Source: Octopus sinensis
Lineage: Eukaryota
Direction: 5' to 3'
Assembly (NCBI RefSeq): GCF_006345805.1
Contig: NC_042998.1
Location: 52,142,001 to 52,206,000, forward strand
DNA length: 64,000 bases
The translations under genes and the position numbers were made by a program. Each line of letters opens with the position of its first letter. Position 1 is the stretch's first letter. The notes under the pieces were generated by a model that was given only the letters and a program-made list of their open reading frames with translations, was not told where the DNA came from and made no database searches. Positions 37,701-50,678 of the stretch are shown piece after piece.

Positions 37701-40129
37701 CGTCCCTTCACTCGGGATATGCATGCGGGATGTTGGGGACTGCTTGTGAATTCAATATTCCCACAAAACGTCTTCTATGAATCCTACAGGACCAGAGAAG
37801 AAGCCAGTTCAACCCACCCTGGGTGAATGCCGTCACAAGTACAAGTAAGTGTTCAAACTCAGTTATGGATGAGCTGTTCTTTTTTTAAGACAATGACTTG
37901 GTAGAATAGTTACTGCACCAGAAAAAATGATAAGCAGCATTTCTTCTGACCTTATGTTCTTAGTTCAAATGCTGCTGTGGCAGACTTTGCCTTTCCTCCT
38001 TTTGAGATCACGAAAATAAGAACCTGTTGAACAGATGTTAAAAAAAAGGGTAAAGTTACCTTCTTGAGACATGCTGACACATAAGAGGTGTTTTCTCAGT
38101 TTCATGGTATGTATATTCCTCACCTGGATGGGACTCCAGTCCTTCACAGGATTACTCACTTTTGTCAGGTGAATGAACTGGAGTAACATGAAATTAAATG
38201 TTTTGCTCAAGAACATATGTTGCCCGGTCTAGGAATTGAAATCAGAATCTTATAATCATGTGTGCAACACTCTAACAACTAAGCCATGTACCTCCATCAA
38301 GTTTCCTTCTTGAATCATACTGACTCATAAGGGCCACAATTTTATAATCACGAGTCCAACACCCTGAACACTGTGGTTGATATAATCGACTTGACCCTTC
38401 CTGCAAAATTGCTGGCCTTGTGCCAATATTTGAAGCAATTATTGTTTTTTATTCATTTTTAAAGTTTATTTGTTGACTTTTTATGCGTGCATTTCATTTT
38501 TTTTTTACAGCAGTTGTTAATTTTATTGCAAAAATTTCTGATAAACCTTTATTTTTCTCCCCTTTTCCCTGCAAAAAAAAAAAATCAATTGATCTTTTAT
38601 TTTTTACTTCTTTCTGTCCTTGACTGTGGCCATGCTGGTGCATTGCTTTTAGTCGAACAAATCAATGCCAGAACTAATTCTTTGTAAGCCTGGTACTTAT
38701 TCTATTGATCTTTTCTGCCAAACCACTAAGTTACACAGACATAAATACATCAACATTGGTTGTCAACCAATGGTGGAGTGACAAACACAGCACACACACA
38801 AATACACACACACACACACATACACGATGGGCTTCTTTCAGTTTCCGTCTACTAAATTCACTCACAAGGTTTTGGTCGGCCCAAGGCTACAGTAGAAGAC
38901 ACTTACCCAAGGTGCCACACAGTGAGACTGAACCTGGAACCATGTAGTTTGGAAGCAAGCTTCTTACCGCACAGCCATACTTTTGATTGTGGCCATGCTG
39001 GGGCACCACCTTGAATTTTTAATCAAATAAATTGACCCCAGTACTTATTTTTCCTTTTTAAGCCTGGTAATTATTCTATTAGTCCTTTTGCTGAACGTTA
39101 CGGAGACATAAATTCACCAACACTGGTGGGGGACAATGGGGTTGACATAACCAACTTACTTGCTACCCTGAAATTGCTGGCTTTGTGCCAAAATTTGAAA
39201 TCATTATTCATTGCTTTATATGCTTTTGAGTCAAAGCATTCCAGAAAGAATTATCTCATATTCTCTTGAATTCTTATGGTGTCAACAACATATAATTCTC
39301 ACAGGTAAGAATAGTTAGAATAAAGAAAATAAACTCGAAGGGCTACTTTGGTCCAGTGGTAGAACATCTGTCATGTTTATATCACTTGTGGGTTCAAATC
39401 CTATGATCTGCTTTAATTCAAAAAAAATTTTTTCTGTTAAATAAACAATTTCTTTTTAACCCAACATTTACAATGCTATTATTAATAACTCCATGTGCTT
39501 CCAGTTTAACCATTCCAAAAAAAAAATTATGTAAGACATATTTATGTAAAGAAAGATGTTTTGAAAAGGGGAAGAACTAATATGATGATGACACCAGTAC
39601 GTTAAGTGTTAGCATCTGCTTCCTACTAAGCAAAACATTTCTGTTGTTATTTAGTACAAGGCCAGCTTAGATCAAGCTGACCTATGATCAAAAGTGTTCC
39701 AGTCAGGGTGACTTTGTCTTCTGTTTGAAACATATATCTAGAATTACATTAAGTAGTGTGTTAGTCCTCTTCTTTTTACAAAATTTTTATCATTTAATCT
39801 TTTAGCATTCACATTATTCAGTCAAATGTAATACTTATTTACTCACATTGTTTTGAATTAATCATGCATTTTTTTTTGTAGCTTTGAGATTTCGATGATG
39901 TGGTTATTTGCATTTAGAATGATTTTGTAGGGTTGGTGTGAGAGACCAGATCTGGACGGTTTGAACACAAAACAAGCAGAATATTTTGGCTGGGTATGGG
40001 TGGTTTAAATGCTAATGGGTCAAGGGAGATCTGGTTGCTATTTCTAGTAGAGCTATCTGAAAGCTTAGTATTTTTTGATATAGTTGTGGTTGTTCAATAG
40101 GTGCACGATTATATCTTATGTAATATGTA

Positions 40130-40700
40130 CAAGTGTCATTGTCAGCATCATTGTCATCATCATCATCATCAACGCCACCATGCTCAGTATCATCATAATT
40201 ATCATCATGAACCTTATCATCATCATCATCATCACTCTTATCATCATTAACATCCTCCTCATCATCATCATCAGCCTCCTTCTCCTCCTCCACCTCATCA
40301 TCTTCATCATAATTAGCCTTCTCCTCCTCCTCCCCTTTATCACCATCAGCCTTCTCCTCTTCATCATCATTAGCCTCCTCCTCTCCATCTTCATCATCAG
40401 CTTCCTCCACCTCATCTTCAACATCAGCCTCCTCCTCATCTTCATCATCATCAGCCTCCTCCATCTCCTCCACCTCCTCCACCTCCACCTCCTCTTCCTT
40501 CTCCTCCTCTTCCTTCTCCTCCTCCTCATCATCATCATTAACTTTATTATTATCATCCACATCCTAATCATCATCAGCTTCATTATCATCCTCATCCTCA
40601 TCCTAATCATCATCATCAGCCTCATCATCATCACCATCACCATCCTTATCACTATCCTCCTCCTCTCCATCAATAACATCATCATCATCGACATCATCGT
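40130..40700. repeat. Degenerate (CAT)/(CCT) trinucleotide array
   Basis: Low-complexity tract that gives long ORFs in several frames. Confidence 0.9.
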
Positions 40701-41194
40701 CGAACATTAGTCAGTATAATCATCAATTATCATGAACATTTACTTAATGATTCTGATGGTTGTAGCTGTTTGCTATGATAGGAAAAAAAAAATGTTTGTC
40801 ACAATCTGATATTTTCTATAGACCTTCATGACTGACATTTTCACTGCAAAGATAAATTTTTAAGCACACAAGAAATATGACACTAAGACGTAGTAAAACA
40901 TCAAAATATGACCAAATGAGGATTCCTATTCTTATTCAATTTTATATTTTTTATTTTACTGTATTTTTTTTTTCATCTGTAGAAAATTTCTGTTCAAGAG
41001 GCAAAAATGTAAAAAAAAAAAGAAAAAGAAAATACCATAAAACATTAAAAAAAATATGAAAGAAAAAGAACAGAAATCTGTTTCAATGAATATTGTTTTA
41101 AACATTTTGTTTTCAGCTTTATTTTTTGAAAGATAATAATAATAATGATAATAATAATAATCCTTTCTACTCTAGGTACAGGCTTTATAATAAT

Positions 41195-41227
<33 letters not shown>

Positions 41228-41646
41228 AACAATAACAATAAGGATAATAATAATCCTTTCTACTAAAGGCACAAGGTCTGAAATTTGTGGGGAGGGGACT
41301 AGTTGATTTTATCGACCCCAATATTTCACTGGTACTTAATTTTTCGAACCTGAAAGGATGAAAAGCAAAGTTGACCTCGGTGGAATTTGAACTCAGAATG
41401 TTAAGATGGATGAAATGCCGCTAAGCATTTTGCCCGGTTCCAATTTTGGCATAAGGCCAGAAACTTCAGGGAAGGAGAAAGTTGATTACATTGGCCTCCA
41501 GTACTCAACTGGTACTTATTTTATCAACCTTTAAAGGACGAAAGGTAATGTTGATCTTGGTGGAATTTGAACTCAGAACATAGTGATGGGTGAAACACTG
41601 CTAAGCATTTCATCCAGCATGCTAATGATTTTGCCACCTTGCCACC

Positions 41647-41695
<49 letters not shown>

Positions 41696-41714
41696 TAATC
41701 ATGATAATAATAAT

Positions 41715-42170
41715 GGGCTACAGCAAATATTCTGCTCAATACCACAGATTTGCTTGTCGGTGGTTTGACCATAACCAGTTGAGCATGTCCCTTTGTGGCT
41801 GATGATATGTGCATCTCTGATAACGAGCAGAAGTAGTGGGAGAGCATCATAACCATGTGTTGAGAGGGATTCTTTGGGGTTTGAATAATTCACCTCTGGA
41901 AACATGGGTGGTTCTTTCAACATCCTTAAACAACCCTTATTCAGGGACCTTTTGAGCGGGATGGGCTACTCGACCTGAAGAAAATTCTAACTGGGCCCCA
42001 CCTGCAAGGTCATGCGCTGTTTACCTTGATATGATATCACCATGTCGCGCACATATGGTTGTGATGCATGTGCCTGGTGTACCCTTATCTGACGGGTAGT
42101 CATGATGGGTATATTGGGCTTCGTATATTTTACCCCAGTGTCACTTTGATGGCATGAACTGCTCTCTCAC

Positions 42171-42204
<34 letters not shown>

Positions 42205-42670
42205 TAATAATAATGGGCTACAGCAAATATTCTGCTCAATACCACAGATTTGCTTGTCGGTTGTTTGACCGTAACCAGTTGAGCATGTCTCTTAGTGGCT
42301 GACGATATGTGCATCTCTGATAACGAGCAGAAGTAGTGGGGGAGCATCATAACCATGTGTTGAGGGGGATTCTTTGGGGTTTGAATAATTCACCTCTGGA
42401 AACATGGGTGGTTCTTTCAACATCCTTAAACAACCCTTATTCAGGGACCTTTTGAGCGGGATGGGCTACTCGACCTGAAGAAAATTCTAACTGGGCCCCA
42501 CCTGCAAGGTCATGCGCTGTTTACCTTGATATGATATCACCATGTCGCGCACATATGGTTGTGATGCATGTGCCTGGTGTACCCTTATCTGACGGGTAGT
42601 CATGATGGGTATATTGGGCTTCGTATATTTTACCCCAGTGTCACTTTGATGGCATGAACTGCTCTCTCAC

Positions 42671-42704
<34 letters not shown>

Positions 42705-42958
42705 TAATAATAATGGGCTACAGCAAATATTCTGCTCAATACCACAGATTTGCTTGTCGGTTGTTTGACCGTAACCAGTTGAGCATGTCTCTTAGTGGCT
42801 GACGATATGTGCATCTCTGATAACGAGCAGAAGTAGTGGGGGAGCATCATAACCATGTGTTGAGGGGGATTCTTTGGGGTTTGAATAAATCACCTCTGGA
42901 AACATGGGTGTTTTGTTCATAATCCTTAAACTAATCATATTCAGGGATCTTTTGAGTG
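41715..42958 (+). repeat. Tandem array, 500-bp period, of a 456-bp element separated by (AAT)n
   Basis: Unit starts at 41715, 42215, 42715; third unit partial. Confidence 0.95.
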
Positions 42959-42984
42959 CTCAAAATTATTATTACCTAATTTAC

Positions 42985-43696
42985 CAATCTCATAAGAATG
43001 AAAAGCAAAGTTGACCTTGGTGGAATTTGAACTCAGAAAGTAGCGACGGGCAATATACTGCTAAGCATTTTGTCCAGCATTCTAATGATTCTGCCAGCTC
43101 GCTGCCTTAATAATAGTTATAATAACTTCAGCACAAGGCCAGCAATTTTTGTGGGGAAGATAAGTTGATTACATTGGCCCCAGTACTCAACTGGTATTTA
43201 TTTTAAGTGACCCTGAAAGAATGAAAGTAAAGTCAACCCCAGTGGAATTTGACCTCAGAATGTACAGACAGACAAAATGCCAGCTCACCACCTTAATGAT
43301 AATAATAATCCTTTCTACTATAGGCACAAGGCCTGAAATTCTGGGGGAGGGTTAAGTTGATTATATTAAACCCAGTGCTTGACTGGTATTTATTTCATTG
43401 ACCCTGAAAGGATGAAAGGCAAAAGTCAACCTCATGGAATTTGAACTCAGAATGTAGGAACAGGCAAAATACCTATTTCTTTACAACCCACAAGGGGCTA
43501 AACACAGAGAGGACAGACAAACAGATTAAGTCGATTATATCGACCCCAGTGCGTAACTGGTACTTAATTTATCAACCCCGAAAGGATGAAAGGCAAAGTC
43601 GACCTTGACGGAATTTGAACTCAGAACGTAACGGCAGACAAAATACCGCTAAGCATTTCATCCAGTGCACTAATGACTCTGCCAGCTCACCACCTT
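42985..43696 (-). mobile_element. Stack of four family B SINE copies
   Basis: Four co-oriented Meta-like cores separated by short AAT tracts. Confidence 0.8.
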
Positions 43697-43717
43697 AATA
43701 ATAATAATAATGATAAC

Positions 43718-43777
<60 letters not shown>

Positions 43778-44857
43778 TCTATCATAAAGGAAAGCAAAAA
43801 ATTTGCTAGTGATCTCATGCAGGATACCCAAACTGAACAACCCGAGGGAAGTACGGCAACTATTGTTGCAAAGAAGGTGAAAATGATGGCAATGAAAAAA
43901 GCGCACGAGCAATTGGCTGATAGGTGGGAGGAGAAACCTCTGCACGGCAAATATGTGACCCGCAGCAAACAAGCTGATGTTGACCAGAAGCAAACCCATC
44001 AGTGGCTACGGAGCTCAGGGCTAAAAGCAGAGAGCGAAGGTTTCATCCTGGCTGCTCAAGATCAAAGCCTATTAACCCGGAACTACCAGGCCAATGTGAT
44101 GAAAAATGGAGCAGACCCAAAATGCCGATTCTGCAACGACATGATTGAAACAGTGGACCACCTAATCTCTGGATGTAAAGTCTTAGCACCAGTGGAGTAT
44201 AAATTAAGACATGACAGAGTTGGCCAATATCTCCACTGTCTAATAAGTCGGCATTACAATATCAAAACTGCCGACAAGTGGTATAATCACCACCCTGAGG
44301 CTGTAACTGAAGGAGAAAATGTAACCATTCTGTGGGACTTTCCAGTACATACAGACCGAACCATCAAGGCCAATAAACCAGATATTGTTGTGAAAGACCA
44401 AAACAATAAAGTTTGCTTATTGATCGACATGAGCATCCCCTGTGATCATAATATCTCAGCGAAAGAGTTTGACAAGCTCAGAAAATATAAAGACCTACTC
44501 ATTGAAATTGAGAAAATGTGGCATCTCAAGGCGGTTACAATACCAGTGATCGTAGGAGCACTAGGAATGATCAAGAAGGGAACCGAAAATTATATGAGAA
44601 TGATCCCTGGCTTACCATCCCTGCAAGAAGTGCAAAAGATTGTCTTAACTGGTACATCACACGTATTGAGAAGAGCATTGTCGATGTGAGAACTGTTGCT
44701 GCTCATGTATTTTAATTTAACTTAAAAAAAAAAAAAAAAAATGAACGAACTACTGAGTTTGGTTTAATGGCCTACCAATATACACTATGAGTTTCTTTGC
44801 CCTAGGAGTCGGGAAGACACTCGGCAAGAAATGGAAGCAAATTTGAAAGAAGAAAAC
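43778..44857 (+). mobile_element. 5'-truncated Dong/R4-clade non-LTR retrotransposon in (AAT)n
   Basis: Open frame 43778-44689 with CCHC knuckle (CRFC..ETVDHLISGC) and restriction-like endonuclease motif (KPDIVVKD..LIDMSIP); 3' UTR; (AAT)n on both sides. Confidence 0.92.
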
Positions 44858-44922
44858 AATAATAATAATAATAATAATAATATAATAATAATAACAATAA
44901 CAATAATAATGATAATAATAAT

Positions 44923-44958
<36 letters not shown>

Positions 44959-44964
44959 GAAAAA

Positions 44965-45338
44965 AAATGCTTTCTAATTGATGTATCAATACCGGCAGAT
45001 GACAACATGTCTCTAAAAGAAATGGAGAAACTCTCAAAATGCAAAGACCTGAAAATAGAGGTAACCAGAATGTGGAATCTAAAAACATAAACAATTCCTA
45101 TCATAGTAGGTGCATTAGGCATGATAAAAAAATATTCAGACAAATACATAACAAAAACACCAGGACTTACAAACACATATAACATATAAAATTGCACTAC
45201 TAGGTACTGCACACATCCTACGCAGAGCACTTTCCATACAATAACCATCAGAGCATCACAACAAATCACAGCACATACCCAAGGCACACAGAGCTGTGCT
45301 CGGTAGTGAAGTGAAAGCACGCTATAAAAATAAAACTA

Positions 45339-45341
<3 letters not shown>
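44965..45341 (+). mobile_element. Second Dong/R4 subfamily 3' fragment
   Basis: KCFLIDVSIPADDN..KCKDLKIEV..IPIIVGALG..GTAHILRRALS with stops; different 3' UTR; (AAT)n flanks. Confidence 0.88.
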
Positions 45342-45395
<54 letters not shown>

Positions 45396-45622
45396 TGATA
45401 AATATTAATAATGAAAATATAATAATAATAAAGAAATATATTTATTGAGAAGTTGGTTCTTCTCTGTAAAGACACAAAATTTTTAAAATGTATTTTCAGG
45501 GAAGTAAAAACAAAAACTGAAAAGTTTCAGTATGCAATAAATAAATAAATAGATAAAAAGAAAAAAAAAGTAGAAGAAAAAATGATGGATAAGGAAAAAT
45601 AAGTAGAAAAAAAAATTGTTAC

Positions 45623-45725
45623 AGAATGTAAAATTGATGTGACATTTTCTGTAATTCTTGCCATGTTGGGCATGTTATATGAAACAATTGCAGCATATTG
45701 GTTCTTCCCTGGAGTATGCTATATT
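45623..45725 (-). CDS. Candidate internal exon (YSILQGRTNMLQLFHITCPTWQELQKMSHQFYI)
   Basis: Strong TTTTGTGTTTCTGTCATCAG acceptor, TCT|GTAACA donor, 103 nt, single open frame. Confidence 0.3.
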
Positions 45726-46592
45726 CTGATGACAGAAACACAAAATAAGAAATATTAAAAAAAAGAATAATAATAAATAAAAGTGATAAAAGAGATGTGT
45801 GTAAGGACATGTGAGAGAAAAGGAGAGAGGAAGAGAGAGAGAGAGAGAGGGGAGAGATAGAGAGAGAGGAGAGTGAGACTGTGGACGAACTCTGTAATAT
45901 TATGGAGTTATTCTTTGCAGCATTGCTCAAAAAAGTGGCACCAGTTACTTTATTGTTGCATTGTTAAACTAGCAATAGTTTATTCATGAACAGCATATAT
46001 ATGTAAGTGTATGTGTGTGTGAAAGAGAGAGAGAGAGAGAGAGAGAGACATAGTGGTGGGGTCAGAGACTGAGAGACAGAGGAAGATTTCCTGTATATTA
46101 TGTAACCATTCTAAGCAGTATTACTCCAAAAAACAGCAATGTTGCTTTTTGTTTGTTTGTTACGATGTTGTACTAGTAATAACTTATTTATCAACCATAT
46201 GTACAGGATTGAGAGAGAGAGAGAGGGTGGAGAGAGAGAAGGTGAAAAACAGAGGGAAAGAGAGAGAGTGGGAATAGTGTGTGGAATGTTCTGAAAGTTT
46301 TGGAAACATGGTTTTATTGTCAGCAAATCAAATCAGTGTTTTGTTGCTGTTATTTTCTTTTTTATCTTTTACTTGTTTCAGTCATTTGACTGCAGTCATG
46401 CTGGGGCACTGCCATGAAGGGCTTCAGTGAAACAAATCGACCTGGTACTTATTCTATGGGTCTCTTTGGCTGAGCTGCTAAGTTACAAAGACATAATCAC
46501 ACCAATACCAGCTGTCAAGTGATGGTGGTGGGGGGGACAAACATAAACACAATGCTGCACACACACATAGATACAGACATGCATATATGATA

Positions 46593-47788
46593 CAGAGACA
46601 TAACAGAAGTAAATAGACACCCCATAAGACATCGTTTTATGTTTATTCTAACTTGTAACGGTTTATATTTTTTATTAATTGACATTTTCATGTTTCAAGT
46701 TCTATATGTGACTGTGTAATTATGCCATGTATAAAAGAAGCCTTGGAACTGCCTTTCAAGGAGGCCTATTGTGGGGCATTCTGAAAATCACAAAAATCCT
46801 TGGGATCCCACTTTCTGTAGCTAATAGAGTGGTTGTGCAATTCACCAGAGAGGGGAAGGAATCCACATCACCTTGCCCAGATCAATCAGGGCCCTCTGAC
46901 AGGACTCTTCTCTTTGTTAAGAGAAGTGTGGAGGATAATCCTCATTGTAAGGCTTTTGACATTGTAGAACAAGTTGATGTCAGTCACAGAACAGCTGCCA
47001 GGTATCTCCCCAAACTTTGTTACTATGGTAGAGCAGCAAGAAGGAAGCCACTTCTTCGACCAGTCAGCATCATTGGAGAAAAGATTGGGCCACCAGCATT
47101 TTGGGACACTGTCATATTCTCTGATGAGTCCAGGTTTGCTGTATTTCCTGACTGGTTGAGAATGGGTCTTGAGACTCTTTGATGTGAAAGTTGGCAGTCA
47201 TCAATGAAGCATGTCAGCTATCCTGTGATGGTCTGGGGAGCAATTTGGCACAATGGTCGATCAGAGCTTGTGGAGTGTGAGGGAAACATAAGCTCAGATA
47301 AATATGTGACCATATGGCAGAAAGGACTCTTTCCAACCTTCTCCAATGGTGAAATGATTACAGATGACTCTTTATTTATGGAAGACGGAGCTCCTTGTCA
47401 CTTGACTAAAATGACCCAAAATTTGTTAGATGAGATTGGCATTAAAAGACTTCCATGGCCAAGCCAATCACCAGATATGAACATTATTGAACACCTCTAG
47501 GACATAATGAACAGGACAGTTCATAAAAAGAACAAGAAAGCATCTTCAAAGCCAGATCTCTTGAGATTACTGCATGAAACTTGGCAAGAAATTCCACAAG
47601 ACAATATTCATCATCTGATTAGTAACATGCCTAATAGTGTCCTTGAATTGAAAAATGCAAAGGGCATCTCTACTAAATATTAAAATATTCACATTATAAC
47701 AATTAATAAATAATTGGAATGTATAATTTCAGATTTAAATAAATTTTAATGACCATAAGAGTGTCTATTTACTTCTGTCATGTCTATG
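46593..47788 (+). mobile_element. Full-length decayed Tc1 transposon (DD34E)
   Basis: 28-bp TIRs 46593-46620 / 47761-47788 (2 mismatches), TA on both sides; RKPLL, FSDESRF, VMVWG, FMEDGAPCH-x-SPDMNIIE with D-34-E spacing; frameshifts and stops. Confidence 0.93.
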
Positions 47789-47905
47789 TATGTATGTATG
47801 TATGTATGTATGTATGTATGTATGCATGCAGGCATGCATGCATGTATGTATGTATGTATGTATGTATGTATGTATGTATGTATGTATGTATGTATGTATG
47901 TATCT

Positions 47906-47965
<60 letters not shown>

Positions 47966-48110
47966 TTGTATATATATATATATACACATATATATATAAA
48001 TAGATAGATAGATAGAATCATACATACATACATACATAGACGTATAATTATATGTATAATTTTACCCTTATGGGCTATCTTTTACTGGAAAGTAATACAT
48101 TTGTATTGCA

Positions 48111-50413
48111 TTATATATATATATAAAACAGATGTCCATGTGCATGCACGTTATGTATTACCCATTTTTCAACTGATTTTGCTCGAACTTGACACACTGA
48201 CAGTTTATTCTCCGAGGATGGTCATGACCTACTTTATATTTTCCAGATCCCCCATGTGTAACCAAAAACTGCAAATAACTGTTCAGAAAACCAGTTTTTT
48301 GTCCATAACTCTCTGGTTTTCCAAGCGAGTTTCTCCAAATTCGACACAAATGATACTCATGATATAAGAATTGTTTTGCTTAAAATTTTTGTCATGGTTA
48401 CCCGCGTTAATTGTGAAAAATCTGCAAATAACTGTAAAAATCGTTTTCTTTTTGCCAATAACTTCCGCAGTTTCCAACCCATTTGCTCCAAATTTGGCAC
48501 AAACAGTACTCATACTTTAAGAATTGTCTCAAACTTAAGTTTTTGTCAAGTCAATCATTGTTGAATGAGAAAAGTCTGTGAATAACTGTAAAATTCATTT
48601 TTTTGCCAAAAACTTCCGCCAATTCCAAAACTAATTTGCTCTAAATTTGGTAAGAATATTACCTATGCTTAATTGACTGTTTTAAACGAATGTTTTGTCA
48701 AATTTATTTGCATTAAATTTGCAAGTTACTGGATTAAACTTAGTTTTTTTGCTTACAGCTTCTGCTGTTTATTTGTGTGCTAAGGATTGCGGGGCAGTTT
48801 TACCTCATTGATTTGATCTGTGTGCATTAGTGTTTACTTAAAAACCACCCCTGTTATCACCTGCAGTTATGATGCCCACCAACTTCAGCACAAACTTTCT
48901 TTAATTACCCTCCACTCATGGTACGATAACACAGAGTGAACTGCGAGCATGACCTTTGACATGTAGGCATTGACACTATTAACGCAACGCACCCCCGTAT
49001 TTTTAATCTGTGTACATAAGTGTTTACTTAAACCCCCTCTATTATTGCCTATGGCCACGATTCCCACCCCACTCCAGCCTCTTATCTGGTGTAAATGACT
49101 GCTTTTACCACGTTCTTAGTGTTTACTCACTTCAAAACCCCCATTATCACTGACGATCATAATGCTCCCTTTTCACTACCATTTTCATTAATGGCATTAT
49201 GTCAATGGTCCGCTAATAAAGGGTGAATTATGAACGCGATCTTAGACTTAAGCATGTGAACACTATTGATTGTCCATTGCAATGAGCCTGTTCAATTAAT
49301 TCTTTGACTGAATTTCATTGGTAGAACACTGTTCACCTGATCATGGCCGTGTCAAATCGTAATTATCGATGTGCTTTTGTGCATTTCTGATACATGCTTC
49401 GGCTTACATTTGATGTACATTATTGCTTTAACTTCATATTTCCTGTTGAAATTTTTCACTGTTCCTATACTCATTTAAGTTAACTTCTTCGTACTTTTGC
49501 TGTCCACCAGTTTTTAGCTTACATGTTATTAAAAAATATTGTATTCAGTGCCTTTGTGTCCACATAGCTAACTGTCTGTCCCTGCATCCACCTTTTTTGA
49601 ATAATATGCTTAGTAGGTTCACTTTTTATACATCATACCAAATTTGCTTTTCAGTGCCCCCTTTTGCTTGTTTTTATAAAACTTGCATTTTAAACTTAGT
49701 CCAATACTACTGCCATGCCTCCTAAGAAAGGAATGCACCTTGGTCGAAAAACAGAGTCTGCTTCGACTGCCAAAAGAAGGTAGGTGAGCCATGTTTCTCT
49801 CATGGCTAATTACATGTCAGATGCTCCAGAGTTGGAAGCAAGCAAAATCTATGCCCTTAATGACAAAACGAAAAATGTGGTCTACTTTCAAATTTGTGAA
49901 CTTTGTTGCCTCCACTACACCAGTTCAACCTTGCAGATCTGATATGTGGTGAGTGCCATTGTAGTCATGCTTTCAAAGTTACTAACTTTCCTCAACCATG
50001 TTTCTTTTCCTTTGTCCAACCTAGGTTTGTCATATGTTTTCACAGAGTTTCACATTTCACAGCAACAGTTCTGTTGCTTTTGGTGTAAATGAAAAAAGGC
50101 CCAATTCACTTTACATATAATTGTTACACCTCCTGCGAATACATTACAGCCCTTTTCAGGGCTTCTTATCAAATTGTTACTGCTGTGAGAACAACAAAAA
50201 ATACCTTTTCGGGGCTACTTCACCTGTGATTGTTGCACCGTCTGAGAATGCATTAAAGCCCTTCTCAGGACATCACATCAAACCGTTACCGCTTGGCTTA
50301 AGCGGTACCAATTTTGTTACAATTTGGCGTTAATGTTATGACATAGAAAATTTACGAAGTATCAAAAGCATTGTAGTATTTGAATCCCAAGCAACGCTGG
50401 GTACTTCTACTAG
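48111..50413 (+). mobile_element. Non-autonomous Helitron
   Basis: 3' hairpin CCC(A)AGC-AAC-GCT-GGG (50386-50401) then CTAG|T at 50410-50414; the 5' end is blurred into (TA)n and is approximate. Confidence 0.75.
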
Positions 50414-50590
50414 TATAGATATGTGTATGTATACATACATACATGCATGCATACATACATACATACATACATACATACATACATACATACATGATGCATA
50501 CATGCATACATGCATACCTACATACATGCATGCATACATACATACATAAATACATACATACATACATACATACATACATACATACATACA

Positions 50591-50626
<36 letters not shown>

Positions 50627-50678
50627 TATGTATGGATCAGACCAGTGTGATTCAAATTCATTGGTTGAAAACACTTTC

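Noticed and set aside
40012-40710. 182-208 aa D/E-rich, I-rich or M/R-rich ORFs
   Set aside because: They are translations of a (CAT)/(CCT) trinucleotide array open in several frames, with no splice or composition support.
47121-47135. CTGATGAGTCC hammerhead-like start
   Set aside because: It encodes the Tc1 SDES motif; there is no GAAA, stem III or stem I.
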